64,000 bases of DNA from an uncultured Pelagibacteraceae bacterium (lineage in GTDB: Bacteria; Pseudomonadota; Alphaproteobacteria; Pelagibacterales; AG-422-B15): positions 160,034-224,033 of the forward strand of contig CACCCN010000001.1 of assembly GCA_902544525.1 (NCBI GenBank), written 5' to 3'. Below the pieces are notes generated by a model. That model saw only the letters and a program-made list of their open reading frames with translations, did no database searches and had not been told where the DNA came from. Both the position numbers and the translations under genes were made by a program. This document shows, one piece after another, positions 29,357 to 42,720 of the stretch (positions within the stretch are counted from its first letter, which is position 1; each line of letters starts with the position of its first letter).

Positions 29357-32161
29357 CTAATGGGCCTCATCCCAATTATCACCAAAACTTGATTCCACTA
29401 ATAAAGGAACCTCTAAACTTATTAATGGATCTAAAGCATTTTCCATTTCCTGTCTAATCAATACCTGATATTTTTCTATTTTACTCTCTTGTACCTCAAA
29501 AATTAATTCATCATGAACTTGTAAAAGCATTTTACAATCAGAATTGTTTGAAATTTTTTTTTCATGAATTTTTATCATAGCTCGTTTGATTATATCAGCT
29601 GCAGTACCTTGAATAGGAGCATTAATAGCAGCTCTTTCCTGAAAAGATCTATAAGCAAAATTTTTATCTTTTATTTTTGGAAAAAAACATTTTCTTCCAC
29701 ATAATGTTTCTACGTAACCTTGTTCTCTACACAATGCTTTTGTTTCTTCCATATATTTTTTTATTCCAGGGAACTTATCAAAATATTTTTTGATAAAGTT
29801 ATTTGCCTCATGATTTGAGATTGATAATTGTTTTGCCAGACCAAACCCAGAAATTCCGTAAATAATTCCAAAATTAACAGCTTTAGCTCTTCTGCGTAAG
29901 TCTGAAGTAATTTTTTTAATATTTATACCAAATATTTCAGAGGCAGTTAATGCATGTATATCTTCTCCATTTTTGAATGCCTCTATTAGTGGTTCAATTT
30001 GTGCAATATGTGCTAATATCCTTAATTCGACTTGGCTATAATCTGCAGATAAAATCTTATTTCCTTTTTCAGATATGAATGCTTTTCTTATTAGTCTGCC
30101 TTCAGTTGAACGAATAGGAATATTTTGTAAATTTGGATCACTTGAAGAAAGACGACCAGTATTAGTGGATGCCATTGCATAGGAGGTATGTGCCCTTTTT
30201 GTATTTAAATTTATATGGTTCTGTAGTGCCTCGGTGTAAGTATTTTTTAGTTTTGATAATTGACGCCAACTTATAAGGTCTTCCGCTACTTTATTTCCTT
30301 CAAAGGCGAGATCTTCAAGAACCTCAATGCCAGTAGAATATTCTCCAGTTTTCGTTTTTTTAGGCGGTGTTAATTTAAGTTTTTCAAATAAAACTTCGCC
30401 CAACTGTTTAGGCGAACCAATGTTAAATTCGATACCACAGATTTTAAAAATTGATTTTTCTAGAACATTAATTTTTTTTTCAAACTCTGATGAAAGTGAC
30501 TTCAAATATTTAATGTTTAGTTTAATGCCATTCATTTCCATCTCTAAAATTGAATTAACTAGTGATTTTTCTAGATAATGATAAGGACTAATATTTTTAT
30601 CTTCTAAAAGTTTTTTCTTAAGAAATAGATATAATTTGTAGGTAATTTCAGCATCTTCTGCAGCATAATCAGTTGCTTTTGCAACTTCTACATAATCAAA
30701 AGTTATTTGTGATTTTCCAGTTCCAACAATATCTTTAAATTTAATAGTCTCGCGATTAAAATGTACTTTTGCTAACTCATCCATATTATGGCGGTGATTA
30801 CCAGCATCATTAACGTAAGACATTAACATTGTGTCATCAAAAGATATTACATTGATATTATATTTTTTTAAAACAGCAATATCATATTTAATATTATGTC
30901 CTATTTTTAATAGTGAGCTATCGACTAAAATACTTTTTAAAAGTTTTAAGGCTTTCTCAAAATTAATTTGATCTTTAATAATTTCACCATCTAAATTTTT
31001 ATGCTGTAATGGGATGTAGTATGATCTTCTTGTATTAAAACATATTGCTACACCTACCAAATTTGCATCAATGACATTTAAAGAGTCTGTCTCTAAATCA
31101 ATAACAAAGCGACCTTCCTGATATATGTCTTCAATCAAGAGCTCAAATGATTTTAAATTTGTTATAGGTATATATTTACTTTTTTCTGTAAAATTACTTT
31201 TTGGAATTTCTTTTTTAAATTTAATTTCTTTTTTTTCTTCAGGTTTTTTTTTGTTTAAAGGTATTTTTATTTTTTTTAGTTCAGGATTTTTTTTTGTTAA
31301 CCTCTCTTTCAATTTAAATAATTCTAAATCATGTAAAAAAGGTATTAACGTATCGTAATTTATGCTCGTTAAATTGAGAGTTTCTAAAGGCTGAATATCA
31401 TTAACATCATCCTTTAAAGTGACTAATTTCTTACTAATATTAATTAGGTCTTTATTATTAATCAGGCTTTCTCTTCGTTTATTTTGTTTAATTTTTTCTG
31501 CAGAATTTAATAAATTTTCTAAATTACCATATTCGTTTATTAGCAATGCAGCAGTTTTTAATCCAATACCTGGTGCACCTGGAACATTATCTGAACTGTC
31601 ACCGGCTAAAGCCTGAACGTCAATGACTCTATTTGGTTTGACACCAAACTTCTCTATTACATCTTTGACACCAATGTATTTATTTTTCATGGTATCAACT
31701 AAATTAATATCATCCGTAACTACTTGCATTAAGTCTTTATCAGATGACACAATAGAGACCTTCCATTTTTTTTTAGCAGCTTGCTTAGCATATGTTGCAA
31801 TTATATCATCTGCTTCGAACCCAGAGAGCTCAATAGATGGAATACCGAATGCTTTTACTGACTCTTTAATAATTTTAAATTGTGGTATTAGATCTTCTGG
31901 TGGTTCGCCTCTATTGGCTTTGTAACCATCATAAATATCGTTTCGGAAAGTTTTTCTAGCACTATCAAAAATAACAGCTAGATGACTAGCTTTTGTATTA
32001 GACTTGGTATCCTCTATAAGCTTAAACAGCATATTGCAAAATCCATTGACTGCACCTGTAGGTAGTCCATCACTTTTTCTATAAAGGGGCGGTAGAGCAT
32101 AATAAGCTCTAAAAATATATCCAGATCCATCAATTAAAAATAGGTGATTTTTATCCGACAC
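29357..32161 (-). CDS. polA: DNA polymerase I
   Basis: LIDGSGYIFRAYY 5'-3' exonuclease, DLETD 3'-5' exonuclease, TGRLSSSDPNLQNIP, ADYSQVELRILAH, LQVHDEL; GTG start. Confidence 0.97.
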   Translation of the reverse strand: MSDKNHLFLIDGSGYIFRAYYALPPLYRKSDGLPTGAVNGFCNMLFKLIEDTKSNTKASHLAVIFDSARKTFRNDIYDGYKANRGEPPEDLIPQFKIIKESVKAFGIPSIELSGFEADDIIATYAKQAAKKKWKVSIVSSDKDLMQVVTDDINLVDTMKNKYIGVKDVIEKFGVKPNRVIDVQALAGDSSDNVPGAPGIGLKTAALLINEYGNLENLLNSAEKIKQNKRRESLINNKDLINISKKLVTLKDDVNDIQPLETLNLTSINYDTLIPFLHDLELFKLKERLTKKNPELKKIKIPLNKKKPEEKKEIKFKKEIPKSNFTEKSKYIPITNLKSFELLIEDIYQEGRFVIDLETDSLNVIDANLVGVAICFNTRRSYYIPLQHKNLDGEIIKDQINFEKALKLLKSILVDSSLLKIGHNIKYDIAVLKKYNINVISFDDTMLMSYVNDAGNHRHNMDELAKVHFNRETIKFKDIVGTGKSQITFDYVEVAKATDYAAEDAEITYKLYLFLKKKLLEDKNISPYHYLEKSLVNSILEMEMNGIKLNIKYLKSLSSEFEKKINVLEKSIFKICGIEFNIGSPKQLGEVLFEKLKLTPPKKTKTGEYSTGIEVLEDLAFEGNKVAEDLISWRQLSKLKNTYTEALQNHINLNTKRAHTSYAMASTNTGRLSSSDPNLQNIPIRSTEGRLIRKAFISEKGNKILSADYSQVELRILAHIAQIEPLIEAFKNGEDIHALTASEIFGINIKKITSDLRRRAKAVNFGIIYGISGFGLAKQLSISNHEANNFIKKYFDKFPGIKKYMEETKALCREQGYVETLCGRKCFFPKIKDKNFAYRSFQERAAINAPIQGTAADIIKRAMIKIHEKKISNNSDCKMLLQVHDELIFEVQESKIEKYQVLIRQEMENALDPLISLEVPLLVESSFGDNWDEAH

Positions 32162-32167
32162 TATGAG

Positions 32168-32347
32168 TCAACTTTTCTCAAAAATAAAAAGCTTGCTACA
32201 ATAAGGACATCTAATTTCTTTCAAATCTCCCATATCTAAAAATATTTTTGGATGACCCAAAGAACCACCAACTCCTGAACAGCTTATTTTTTTTGAATTT
32301 ACAATTTCAGTATCAATATTAGTTTTATAATCAATGGAATTATTCAT
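32168..32347 (-). CDS. zf-CHCC zinc-finger protein (NDUFS6/NUMM-like), 59 aa, absent from the ORF track
   Basis: Translated by hand: MNNSIDYKTNIDTEIVNSKKISCSGVGGSLGHPKIFLDMGDLKEIRCPYCSKLFIFEKS; C-x8-H-x14-C-x2-C. Confidence 0.85.
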   Translation of the reverse strand: MNNSIDYKTNIDTEIVNSKKISCSGVGGSLGHPKIFLDMGDLKEIRCPYCSKLFIFEKS

Positions 32348-32454
32348 GATTTATATATTACTAGAACAGCGTTAAAAAAACTATAAGGTTATTCACCTGC
32401 TGTTATTAAACACTTAAATTTTGAAGGTTCAAAGTCAAATATCTATTATTTCAA

Positions 32455-35118
32455 CTATCTTTTTTTTCTTGGAAATAACTTATCCAATACTACAGCAAGC
32501 GCAGGTAAAGTAGTCATAGCACAAAGCATATTAACAATAAACATAAAGGTAAGGAGCATTCCCATATCTGCTTGAAATTTTAAGGCTGAAAAAGACCAAG
32601 TCGAAACACCTATGGCTAAGGTGAGTGCTGTAAAGATTACTGCGGCACCTGTATTTGCAAAAGTATTTTGAAAAGCTTGGGTAATATCCTGTCCTTCTTT
32701 TAAATAAGTCTGTAATCTATTATAAATATAAAACGCGTAATCAACACCAATACCAACAGCTAATACCATAACAGGTAAAGTAGATATTTTTAATCCAATT
32801 TGCATTATATCCATAAAGGCATAACCAAGCATAGTGGCAAACGTCAAAGGAACAGTACAACATATTGTTGCCCTCCAATCCCTATATGTGATAAAGACTA
32901 AAAAAACAATTACTGCATAAACTAGGAGCATCATAGGAAGTTCAGACTCCTCTATAACTTCATTGGTTGCATGCATTATACCAACAGTGCCACTTGCAAG
33001 CCTAAAATTTGTTTCATCAAACCTAATATTTAAAGCTTCAATATTTGGATTATTTACAAAGTATTCACGGAGAGCTTCTCTAGAATTTCTAATGTCTCTC
33101 ATGACTTTAGAGTCATATTCATCCAATTTCTGATCCTGAAATAGTGTAGCCAACCTAATAGATAATAAGCTTCTAGTATTAAAATTATTTTGATAACCAT
33201 AATCTACCCATTCTTCCTTTGAAAATTCATGGAAATTTGTTATTCCTGCAGAAATTGGATCAAATTCAGAACCATAATTACCGCCTAAAAGTCCAGGGTA
33301 AATATTTTCTCCTTCCGGTGGTAAGAATGTGTAATCTACTGCTATGGCTTGATCAAGTTGTTGATATTTTTTCTGATACTCTTTTGTCGCGTTAATAACA
33401 TGCTCTATAGTTGTCGCTTTATGATCTTCAGTAAATATATAAACTGGTAAAATCGTACAATTTTCATTTAATAATCCAGTAGAGGGGTCGGCAATACTAG
33501 TTACAAACCCTAAAGCTCTATCATGTCGAGGGACATAATTCCATTTTGGATTACCTTCAGCATAGCCACTTGCTGCTTGTCTAGCTACACCAGATAATGA
33601 AATTACTTCCGTGACCCCTTCTACGTTTTCCATATACCAATGAAAATTATCTTGAACGGACATTACATCATAAAGTCTACATGCAAGATCGGGGGTTTCC
33701 ATGATCACAATAAGAACATCAGACGTTATATTAAAACGTGAAGTAATATCTTTCATATCTTGATTATATACAGCATCAGGTCGTAATTCAGGCGCCCCAG
33801 CGTGAAGATCACCAATATGCCTATCAGAAGCTAGAATAGTAGCATAAATAAATAAAATACTACTTATGCCTAAAGTTATAAATGCTGTCCTTGGCTCAGC
33901 CATCTTCCCAAAAAACTTCATTGCGTTTCTTCTGCCGGTTATTGCTCGTTCGGCTCTAATAACAAATCCCTCGTTATACTTTGCGTATGATGCAGCGAGT
34001 GGGAGCATAACTAGATTAGTTACAATTTTCATTGCAACTCCAATTGAAGCTGTAATACCAAGCTCTTGGATCATTCCAATTGGTAAAAATACTAATGTTC
34101 CAAAACCTACCAGATCAGTTACTAGTGCCATTGTTCCTGGAATTAATAATCTAGAAAAACTTGCTCGAGCAGCATAAATAGACGACTGTCCTTCAATAAT
34201 TTCTTTTGTAATTTGATTTACTTGTTGAATTCCATGAGAAACACCAATTGCAAATACTAAAAATGGAACTAAAATTGCAAGTGGATCTAAGCCAAAACCT
34301 AATATTTCTAACATTCCAAATTGCCATATCAGTGATGTTAGCGAGCAAATTAATGGTAGGAATGTTAGTGTCCAAGATTTTGAATAGTAATAGACTGATA
34401 GTACAGTTAGTGCAAATGCCAAAAGAAAGAAAATAAAAACATTACCGGCTTGAGACGCAATGTCTGAAATCATTTTCGCAAATCCAATTATATGAATTTG
34501 AAATTTTTCATCTTCAAATTGATTTCTCACCTCTATATCAAGTAATTTACCTAATTCTATATAGTCAAGTGCCTCACCAGTTCTTGCGTCAAATTCTGTT
34601 AACTCAATTTTTATTAGTGCTGATGTAAAATCATTTGACACAATTTTTCCAACATGCCCGCCAGTTAAAATACGCTCTTTTATCTTTTCAATTTCTATTT
34701 CATTTAAATCTTCTGGAATTATATTTCCTGGAATCACCGGAGAAGCTTCATACCCTTCTTCGGTAACACGCAATACTCTTACATTTGGAGTCCATAATGA
34801 AGTCAAAGAAGCTTGATTGGCTCCTGGTAAATATCTCACTGCTTCAGATACTTCTAAGAGTTTTGATAAGTAGTCCTTTTCAAAAATATCACCTTCAGTA
34901 TTTCTCACAGCAATGATAAGGTTATTTGATCCAAATAATGCATCTTCGTACTGATAAAATGTTTTTATAAAGCTATGGTTACTCGGAAGCTGCTTATAAA
35001 ACCCAGCATCAAGTTTTAACTGTGACGCAAAGAATCCCATAACTATAGTCAATAAAACAAAGGCCGACAGGATTGAAAGTCTGTATTTAAAAAATAAATT
35101 CTCTATTTTTAAAACCAT
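32455..35118 (-). CDS. MMPL/RND family transporter
   Basis: Two repeats of TM + periplasmic domain + TM bundle; LVPFLVFAIGVSHG, TDLVGF, GAPELRPD, GIGVDYAFYI, LKFQADMG. Confidence 0.88.
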   Translation of the reverse strand: MVLKIENLFFKYRLSILSAFVLLTIVMGFFASQLKLDAGFYKQLPSNHSFIKTFYQYEDALFGSNNLIIAVRNTEGDIFEKDYLSKLLEVSEAVRYLPGANQASLTSLWTPNVRVLRVTEEGYEASPVIPGNIIPEDLNEIEIEKIKERILTGGHVGKIVSNDFTSALIKIELTEFDARTGEALDYIELGKLLDIEVRNQFEDEKFQIHIIGFAKMISDIASQAGNVFIFFLLAFALTVLSVYYYSKSWTLTFLPLICSLTSLIWQFGMLEILGFGLDPLAILVPFLVFAIGVSHGIQQVNQITKEIIEGQSSIYAARASFSRLLIPGTMALVTDLVGFGTLVFLPIGMIQELGITASIGVAMKIVTNLVMLPLAASYAKYNEGFVIRAERAITGRRNAMKFFGKMAEPRTAFITLGISSILFIYATILASDRHIGDLHAGAPELRPDAVYNQDMKDITSRFNITSDVLIVIMETPDLACRLYDVMSVQDNFHWYMENVEGVTEVISLSGVARQAASGYAEGNPKWNYVPRHDRALGFVTSIADPSTGLLNENCTILPVYIFTEDHKATTIEHVINATKEYQKKYQQLDQAIAVDYTFLPPEGENIYPGLLGGNYGSEFDPISAGITNFHEFSKEEWVDYGYQNNFNTRSLLSIRLATLFQDQKLDEYDSKVMRDIRNSREALREYFVNNPNIEALNIRFDETNFRLASGTVGIMHATNEVIEESELPMMLLVYAVIVFLVFITYRDWRATICCTVPLTFATMLGYAFMDIMQIGLKISTLPVMVLAVGIGVDYAFYIYNRLQTYLKEGQDITQAFQNTFANTGAAVIFTALTLAIGVSTWSFSALKFQADMGMLLTFMFIVNMLCAMTTLPALAVVLDKLFPRKKR

Positions 35119-35321
35119 TAGATTAATTGGAAATAATTATAAAATTTTACGAAAAGTATAAGAAAAAATTGCTTATGTACATTAATTATTGCCATATTTT
35201 CTAATTTTTGAATGACTTATGTGAATAGTGCCTTTATTTATAAATATTAAGTACAAATCTATTTATCTATAAAATTAAGTTACTGTATTGATGGGATAAA
35301 TCAAATTTAATAGTTTCAATA

Positions 35322-35338
35322 TATATCAATTTGATATA
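35322..35338. promoter_or_regulatory. Perfect palindrome TATATCAA-T-TTGATATA, candidate operator
   Basis: 8-bp inverted repeat between the divergent MMPL and ferritin-like genes, 44 nt before ATG 35383. Confidence 0.4.
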
Positions 35339-35382
35339 GAAATTATTTGAATAGTAAAAAATTTATATTATATTAACCCAAA

Positions 35383-36582
35383 ATGCCTAGTACATCTGAA
35401 AAATTAAAATTTGCTAAAATTGTTGTAAAAGACAAGTTTTATAAAGTCAAAGAGAGTTGGCAAACATCGCAAAGTGGTAAAAATGCACTAACCAAAGATC
35501 CTGCCTATAACGCTGCCAATCCAAAGCACTTTATACCTATGATGGATGAAGATAGATATACTGATAGATCAAGCGCATTTGATAAAATAATTAGTGCAAC
35601 ACATAAACATTTTTGGGATCCTTTAGACAAAAAATATATTGATTTTGATCAACCATTTGATTTAGAAAACGAACACATTGTTAATCCAGAAGGTCCTTTT
35701 GGTCTTGAGCTTGAAGTTCCAAGTATTGCAGAAAAATTAACAGAAAAACAAAAAATTAAATTAAACAATGAAAGTTTTCGTTTTGTTTTATCACAAATAC
35801 TGCATGGGGAACAAGCGGCCTTATCTCTAAGCGCTAGCTTATGTCATGTATTAAAAGACCCTGGTGCTCAAGAGTATGCTGCAAATCAGACTCGTGAAGA
35901 GGCGCGTCATGTTACCGGTTTCACAAAATATATCGAATCAAGATGGGGCACTCCTTACAAAGTTGGGCCTACACTTGGAAGGGTTGCGGAGGATATTGTT
36001 TCATCAGATGTTGTTTATAAAAAAATAGTTGGAATGCAAATGATGATTGAAGGATTAGCAATGGGAGCATTTGCCATGGCTCATGAAGATACAAATGATC
36101 CTGTTTTAAAAACTCTATTAAAATATACAATGAGTGACGAAGCCTTTCATCATAAATTTGGTAAAATATGGGCTGATAGAACTGTGCCAAAATTATCTAA
36201 AAGTGAGCACAGAAAAGTAGAAGATTGGGCAGAAAAAATATTTATGGAATTACTGTTTAATCTAGTTAACCCATATGAAAAAAAAGAGATTTATGCTTCA
36301 GTTGGTCTTGACCATAAGTGGGTGCAACAAGAAGTAGAAAAATATATCGATCAGAGTGAAATCATTAAGCAAGAAATGAAGAATAATAATAATATTTTTA
36401 GGGTATTGGTAAAAACTTTATTAAAAGCTCATATTATAACAGATAGAACAAAAGCTACCTACGCAGAATTTGTAGATATGGAAGAGCTAAATGCAGAAGA
36501 TGATACTGTAGCTGGTCAAGAGATTGCGGATGAAGGTATAGAAAAGCTATCTCAAATTAATGCTAGTAAAAAAGTCGCCTAA
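35383..36582 (+). CDS. Ferritin-like (diiron carboxylate) protein, function unknown
   Basis: LHGEQAAL..EEARH and IEGLA..DEAFH: two E...ExxH ligand sets. Confidence 0.82.
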   Translation: MPSTSEKLKFAKIVVKDKFYKVKESWQTSQSGKNALTKDPAYNAANPKHFIPMMDEDRYTDRSSAFDKIISATHKHFWDPLDKKYIDFDQPFDLENEHIVNPEGPFGLELEVPSIAEKLTEKQKIKLNNESFRFVLSQILHGEQAALSLSASLCHVLKDPGAQEYAANQTREEARHVTGFTKYIESRWGTPYKVGPTLGRVAEDIVSSDVVYKKIVGMQMMIEGLAMGAFAMAHEDTNDPVLKTLLKYTMSDEAFHHKFGKIWADRTVPKLSKSEHRKVEDWAEKIFMELLFNLVNPYEKKEIYASVGLDHKWVQQEVEKYIDQSEIIKQEMKNNNNIFRVLVKTLLKAHIITDRTKATYAEFVDMEELNAEDDTVAGQEIADEGIEKLSQINASKKVA

Positions 36583-36583
36583 A

Positions 36584-37126
36584 TTATTTTGGAGATCGTT
36601 TAGCTAAAATTCTTTGAAGTGTTCTTCTATGCATTTTAAGTCTTCTAGCAGTTTCTGAAACATTTCTATTACATAGTTCATATACTCTTAAAATATGCTC
36701 CCATTTAACTCGATCAGCAGACATAGGATCTTTTGGTGGTTCTGGTTTTTTAGAGTATGGGGCCTTTAAGGAAGCATCAATATCATCTGCATCAGCCGGT
36801 TTAGCCAAATAATCACAAGCTCCCTCTTTTACTGCTGCTACTGCTGTTGGTATATTTCCGTACCCTGTGAGAATAACTATCTTACATTCAGGTTTTAGCT
36901 TTGATAAAACAGAAACAACCTGCAGCCCGTTGCCGTCTTCTAACCTAAGGTCAATAACAGCATAATTAGGTGGAGTTTTTTCTATATACTGAATGGACTC
37001 TTTTACAGTTCCAAAACCTATTCCGAAATAGCCTTTTTTTTCCATTGCAGACAAGAGTCTTTTACGAAATATTTCATCGTCATCAACTATAATTAATGAT
37101 GCTGTTTCTTTAGTTAAATCATCCAT
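36584..37126 (-). CDS. regA: Redox response regulator RegA/PrrA/ActR
   Basis: IDLRLEDGNGL, LTGYGNIPTAV, MSADRVKWEHI, NVSETARRLKMHRRTLQRILAKRSP. Confidence 0.95.
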   Translation of the reverse strand: MDDLTKETASLIIVDDDEIFRKRLLSAMEKKGYFGIGFGTVKESIQYIEKTPPNYAVIDLRLEDGNGLQVVSVLSKLKPECKIVILTGYGNIPTAVAAVKEGACDYLAKPADADDIDASLKAPYSKKPEPPKDPMSADRVKWEHILRVYELCNRNVSETARRLKMHRRTLQRILAKRSPK

Positions 37127-37133
37127 AAAAACA

Positions 37134-38429
37134 TTATTGAGATAATATCAGATTATCTTTTTTCCAGCTTATCCTTACGCAAGCACCCTTATTTACTAAA
37201 TTAATAAACTCTATTTTTCCAAGACTTTTATTAATTAAATTTTTAGCAATAAATAGTCCTAATCCCATGCCGGAATGATCAATTTCATTCTTTTTAACAT
37301 AAGGCTCTCCAAGAATAGGTAAGATATCTGCTGGAAATCCATTTCCGTTATCAATGATTTCAAAAATGATATTTTCACCTGATAAAGACATTTTTATAGT
37401 AACCTCTGACTTTGCATGTTGGTAGGCATTTTCAATTATATTACTAAGACTATGTACAATTTCAGGTTTTCTAGTAATTGTGAAATTTAAATCTTCAAAT
37501 GATTTGTCAATATCTATATTTAATTTAATGCTTTCTCTTTCATAATCTTTGGTTATTTCATTAATTAATCTTTGAAAATCTAATTGATTAATAAACTCAC
37601 TATTATCATTACTAATATCGCCCTGACGAAGTCGATTTAAAATTTCACTACATCTTTTAATTTGAGATTGAATTAATAGAATGTCTTCATAATTTTTTTC
37701 ATTAGGGTGTGCTTCATTAACTATTTCTTTAATTATTATAGAAATAGTTGATAAAGGTGTACCTAGCTCATGAACAGCCGCTGCAGTTAAACTCATCAGA
37801 TCAGAAATTTTTTCTTCGTCTGAAAGCGCTAGCTGCGTTTCTTTTAAAGCAGTTTCAACTTTACGTGATTCATCTGCAATTCTGAAGCTGTAAACCCCAA
37901 TAAAAATTAGGGAAACAATTAGTGCTGCCCATATACCAAAAATTTGAAAGATTGAGAAACTATAGCTATTAAACTCAACAACATTACTCAAAATGGGCTG
38001 ATAATAAACAGCAAGAATAGAAATTGATAATATTGATACTATCCCAATAACTATAGTTCTAAATATATCCAAGTAAGTTGCTGATATTATAAATGGAGCA
38101 ATAATTAAAACACAAAATGGATTAGTTAAACCTCCAGTAATATATAATAAAACAACAAGCTGAATAGTATCAAAGATTAGATAAAACAGGGTTTCATTGG
38201 ATGTTAGTGTTCTAATCGGCAAAAATTTAACACTAACAATAATATTTAATATAATGCTTAGTAAGATGCATGCTAAAGCTAAATAAATATTAAAATTTAT
38301 TTCTAGCCAAAAGTATGAGGTTACAACCGCTGAATATTGACCTAAAATCGCTATCCATCTAATTAAATTCAAGGTTCTTAATCTTAGGCCAGCTAAATTA
38401 TTACTAGATAAATTTGTTATATTTGTCAC
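37134..38429 (-). CDS. regB: Redox sensor kinase RegB/PrrB/ActS
   Basis: LRTLNLIRWIAI, quinone-binding TGGLTNPF, AAVHELGTPL, redox Cys in RCSEIL; GTG start. Confidence 0.92.
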   Translation of the reverse strand: MTNITNLSSNNLAGLRLRTLNLIRWIAILGQYSAVVTSYFWLEINFNIYLALACILLSIILNIIVSVKFLPIRTLTSNETLFYLIFDTIQLVVLLYITGGLTNPFCVLIIAPFIISATYLDIFRTIVIGIVSILSISILAVYYQPILSNVVEFNSYSFSIFQIFGIWAALIVSLIFIGVYSFRIADESRKVETALKETQLALSDEEKISDLMSLTAAAVHELGTPLSTISIIIKEIVNEAHPNEKNYEDILLIQSQIKRCSEILNRLRQGDISNDNSEFINQLDFQRLINEITKDYERESIKLNIDIDKSFEDLNFTITRKPEIVHSLSNIIENAYQHAKSEVTIKMSLSGENIIFEIIDNGNGFPADILPILGEPYVKKNEIDHSGMGLGLFIAKNLINKSLGKIEFINLVNKGACVRISWKKDNLILSQ

Positions 38430-38447
38430 TTTATTGAATTATATTTA

Positions 38448-41611
<3,164 letters not shown>

Positions 41612-42718
41612 TTAGGATCTTTTTACTTCAAAAAAATCAGTATCTTTAGATAAATGATCAAATATATTTTTAGTTACACCCGTGTACCACACTTGTGTAT
41701 TAAGTTTTGATAATTCACTAACTAGGGCCTCTCTATGATTTTGATCAAGGTGAGCCATTGCCTCATCAATTAATATAATTGGAGAATTATCAAACTCAGA
41801 ATTTTTTATTATCTGAGCAACTGAAAGTATAATTGATATTAATATTGATTTTTGTTCTCCGGTTGAGCAATATTTTGCCTCTATAGATTTATCATCTAAT
41901 TTCCACATTTTTACTTCAACTTTATTGGGCCCCAAAACGGTTCTATTAAGCTCCTTATCAATAGCTCTGTTTCTTGATAAAACTTCTACGTAGTGAGATA
42001 CAAATATTTCTTCATCTTCAAAAAGTTTTAAAGAATTGTCATAAATTAGCTCTATTATGCATGAATTAAATGGTTTGCTAATAGTGGATAAATTTGAATT
42101 AATCATAGCAATTGTTTTTTTTCTAATCATAATAATATCAAACGCATATTTTGCTATTTTTAACTCAATTTGCTCAAGCCAGTTTGTATCAACTTCATTA
42201 GTTTTTAATATATATAGCCTCTCTTTAGTAAATTTATTGAATCTAGAGAAGGATTTTAAATGATTTTTTTGAATATTAAAAATTAGTCTATCAAAAAAAT
42301 TTCTTCTTTCAGAATTTGACTGAAGCATTATTTTTTCCATTACAGGGGTAATCCAAATTACTCTTAAATAATTTAATAAGTCTGAAGATTTAGCTTTTTC
42401 ATCATCAATAAGTATCGATGATTTTAGAATGCTGTTTTTGTTATGTATTTTTTGAATTTTTATTGAGCTATTATTAAAATTTATATTTGTAGTTAAAGCA
42501 AAATTTAATCCATTTTTTTTATTAATAATTTCTTCACTTTTTGCATTTCGTAAGCCTCTGCCTGGAGATAAAAGTGACACAGATTCTAGTATGTTTGTTT
42601 TACCAGCACCATTTTCTCCATATAAAACGATATTTTTACTATTTGTATTTATAGAAAAATTTTGATGTGATCGAAAATTATTAAGAATAATTTGAGAGAT
42701 AAATATATTTGAACACAT
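41612..42718 (-). CDS. recF: DNA replication/repair protein RecF
   Basis: GENGAGKTN, PGRGLR, ERRNFFDR, STGEQK, LIDE. Confidence 0.93.
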   Translation of the reverse strand: MCSNIFISQIILNNFRSHQNFSINTNSKNIVLYGENGAGKTNILESVSLLSPGRGLRNAKSEEIINKKNGLNFALTTNINFNNSSIKIQKIHNKNSILKSSILIDDEKAKSSDLLNYLRVIWITPVMEKIMLQSNSERRNFFDRLIFNIQKNHLKSFSRFNKFTKERLYILKTNEVDTNWLEQIELKIAKYAFDIIMIRKKTIAMINSNLSTISKPFNSCIIELIYDNSLKLFEDEEIFVSHYVEVLSRNRAIDKELNRTVLGPNKVEVKMWKLDDKSIEAKYCSTGEQKSILISIILSVAQIIKNSEFDNSPIILIDEAMAHLDQNHREALVSELSKLNTQVWYTGVTKNIFDHLSKDTDFFEVKRS

Positions 42719-42720
42719 TT

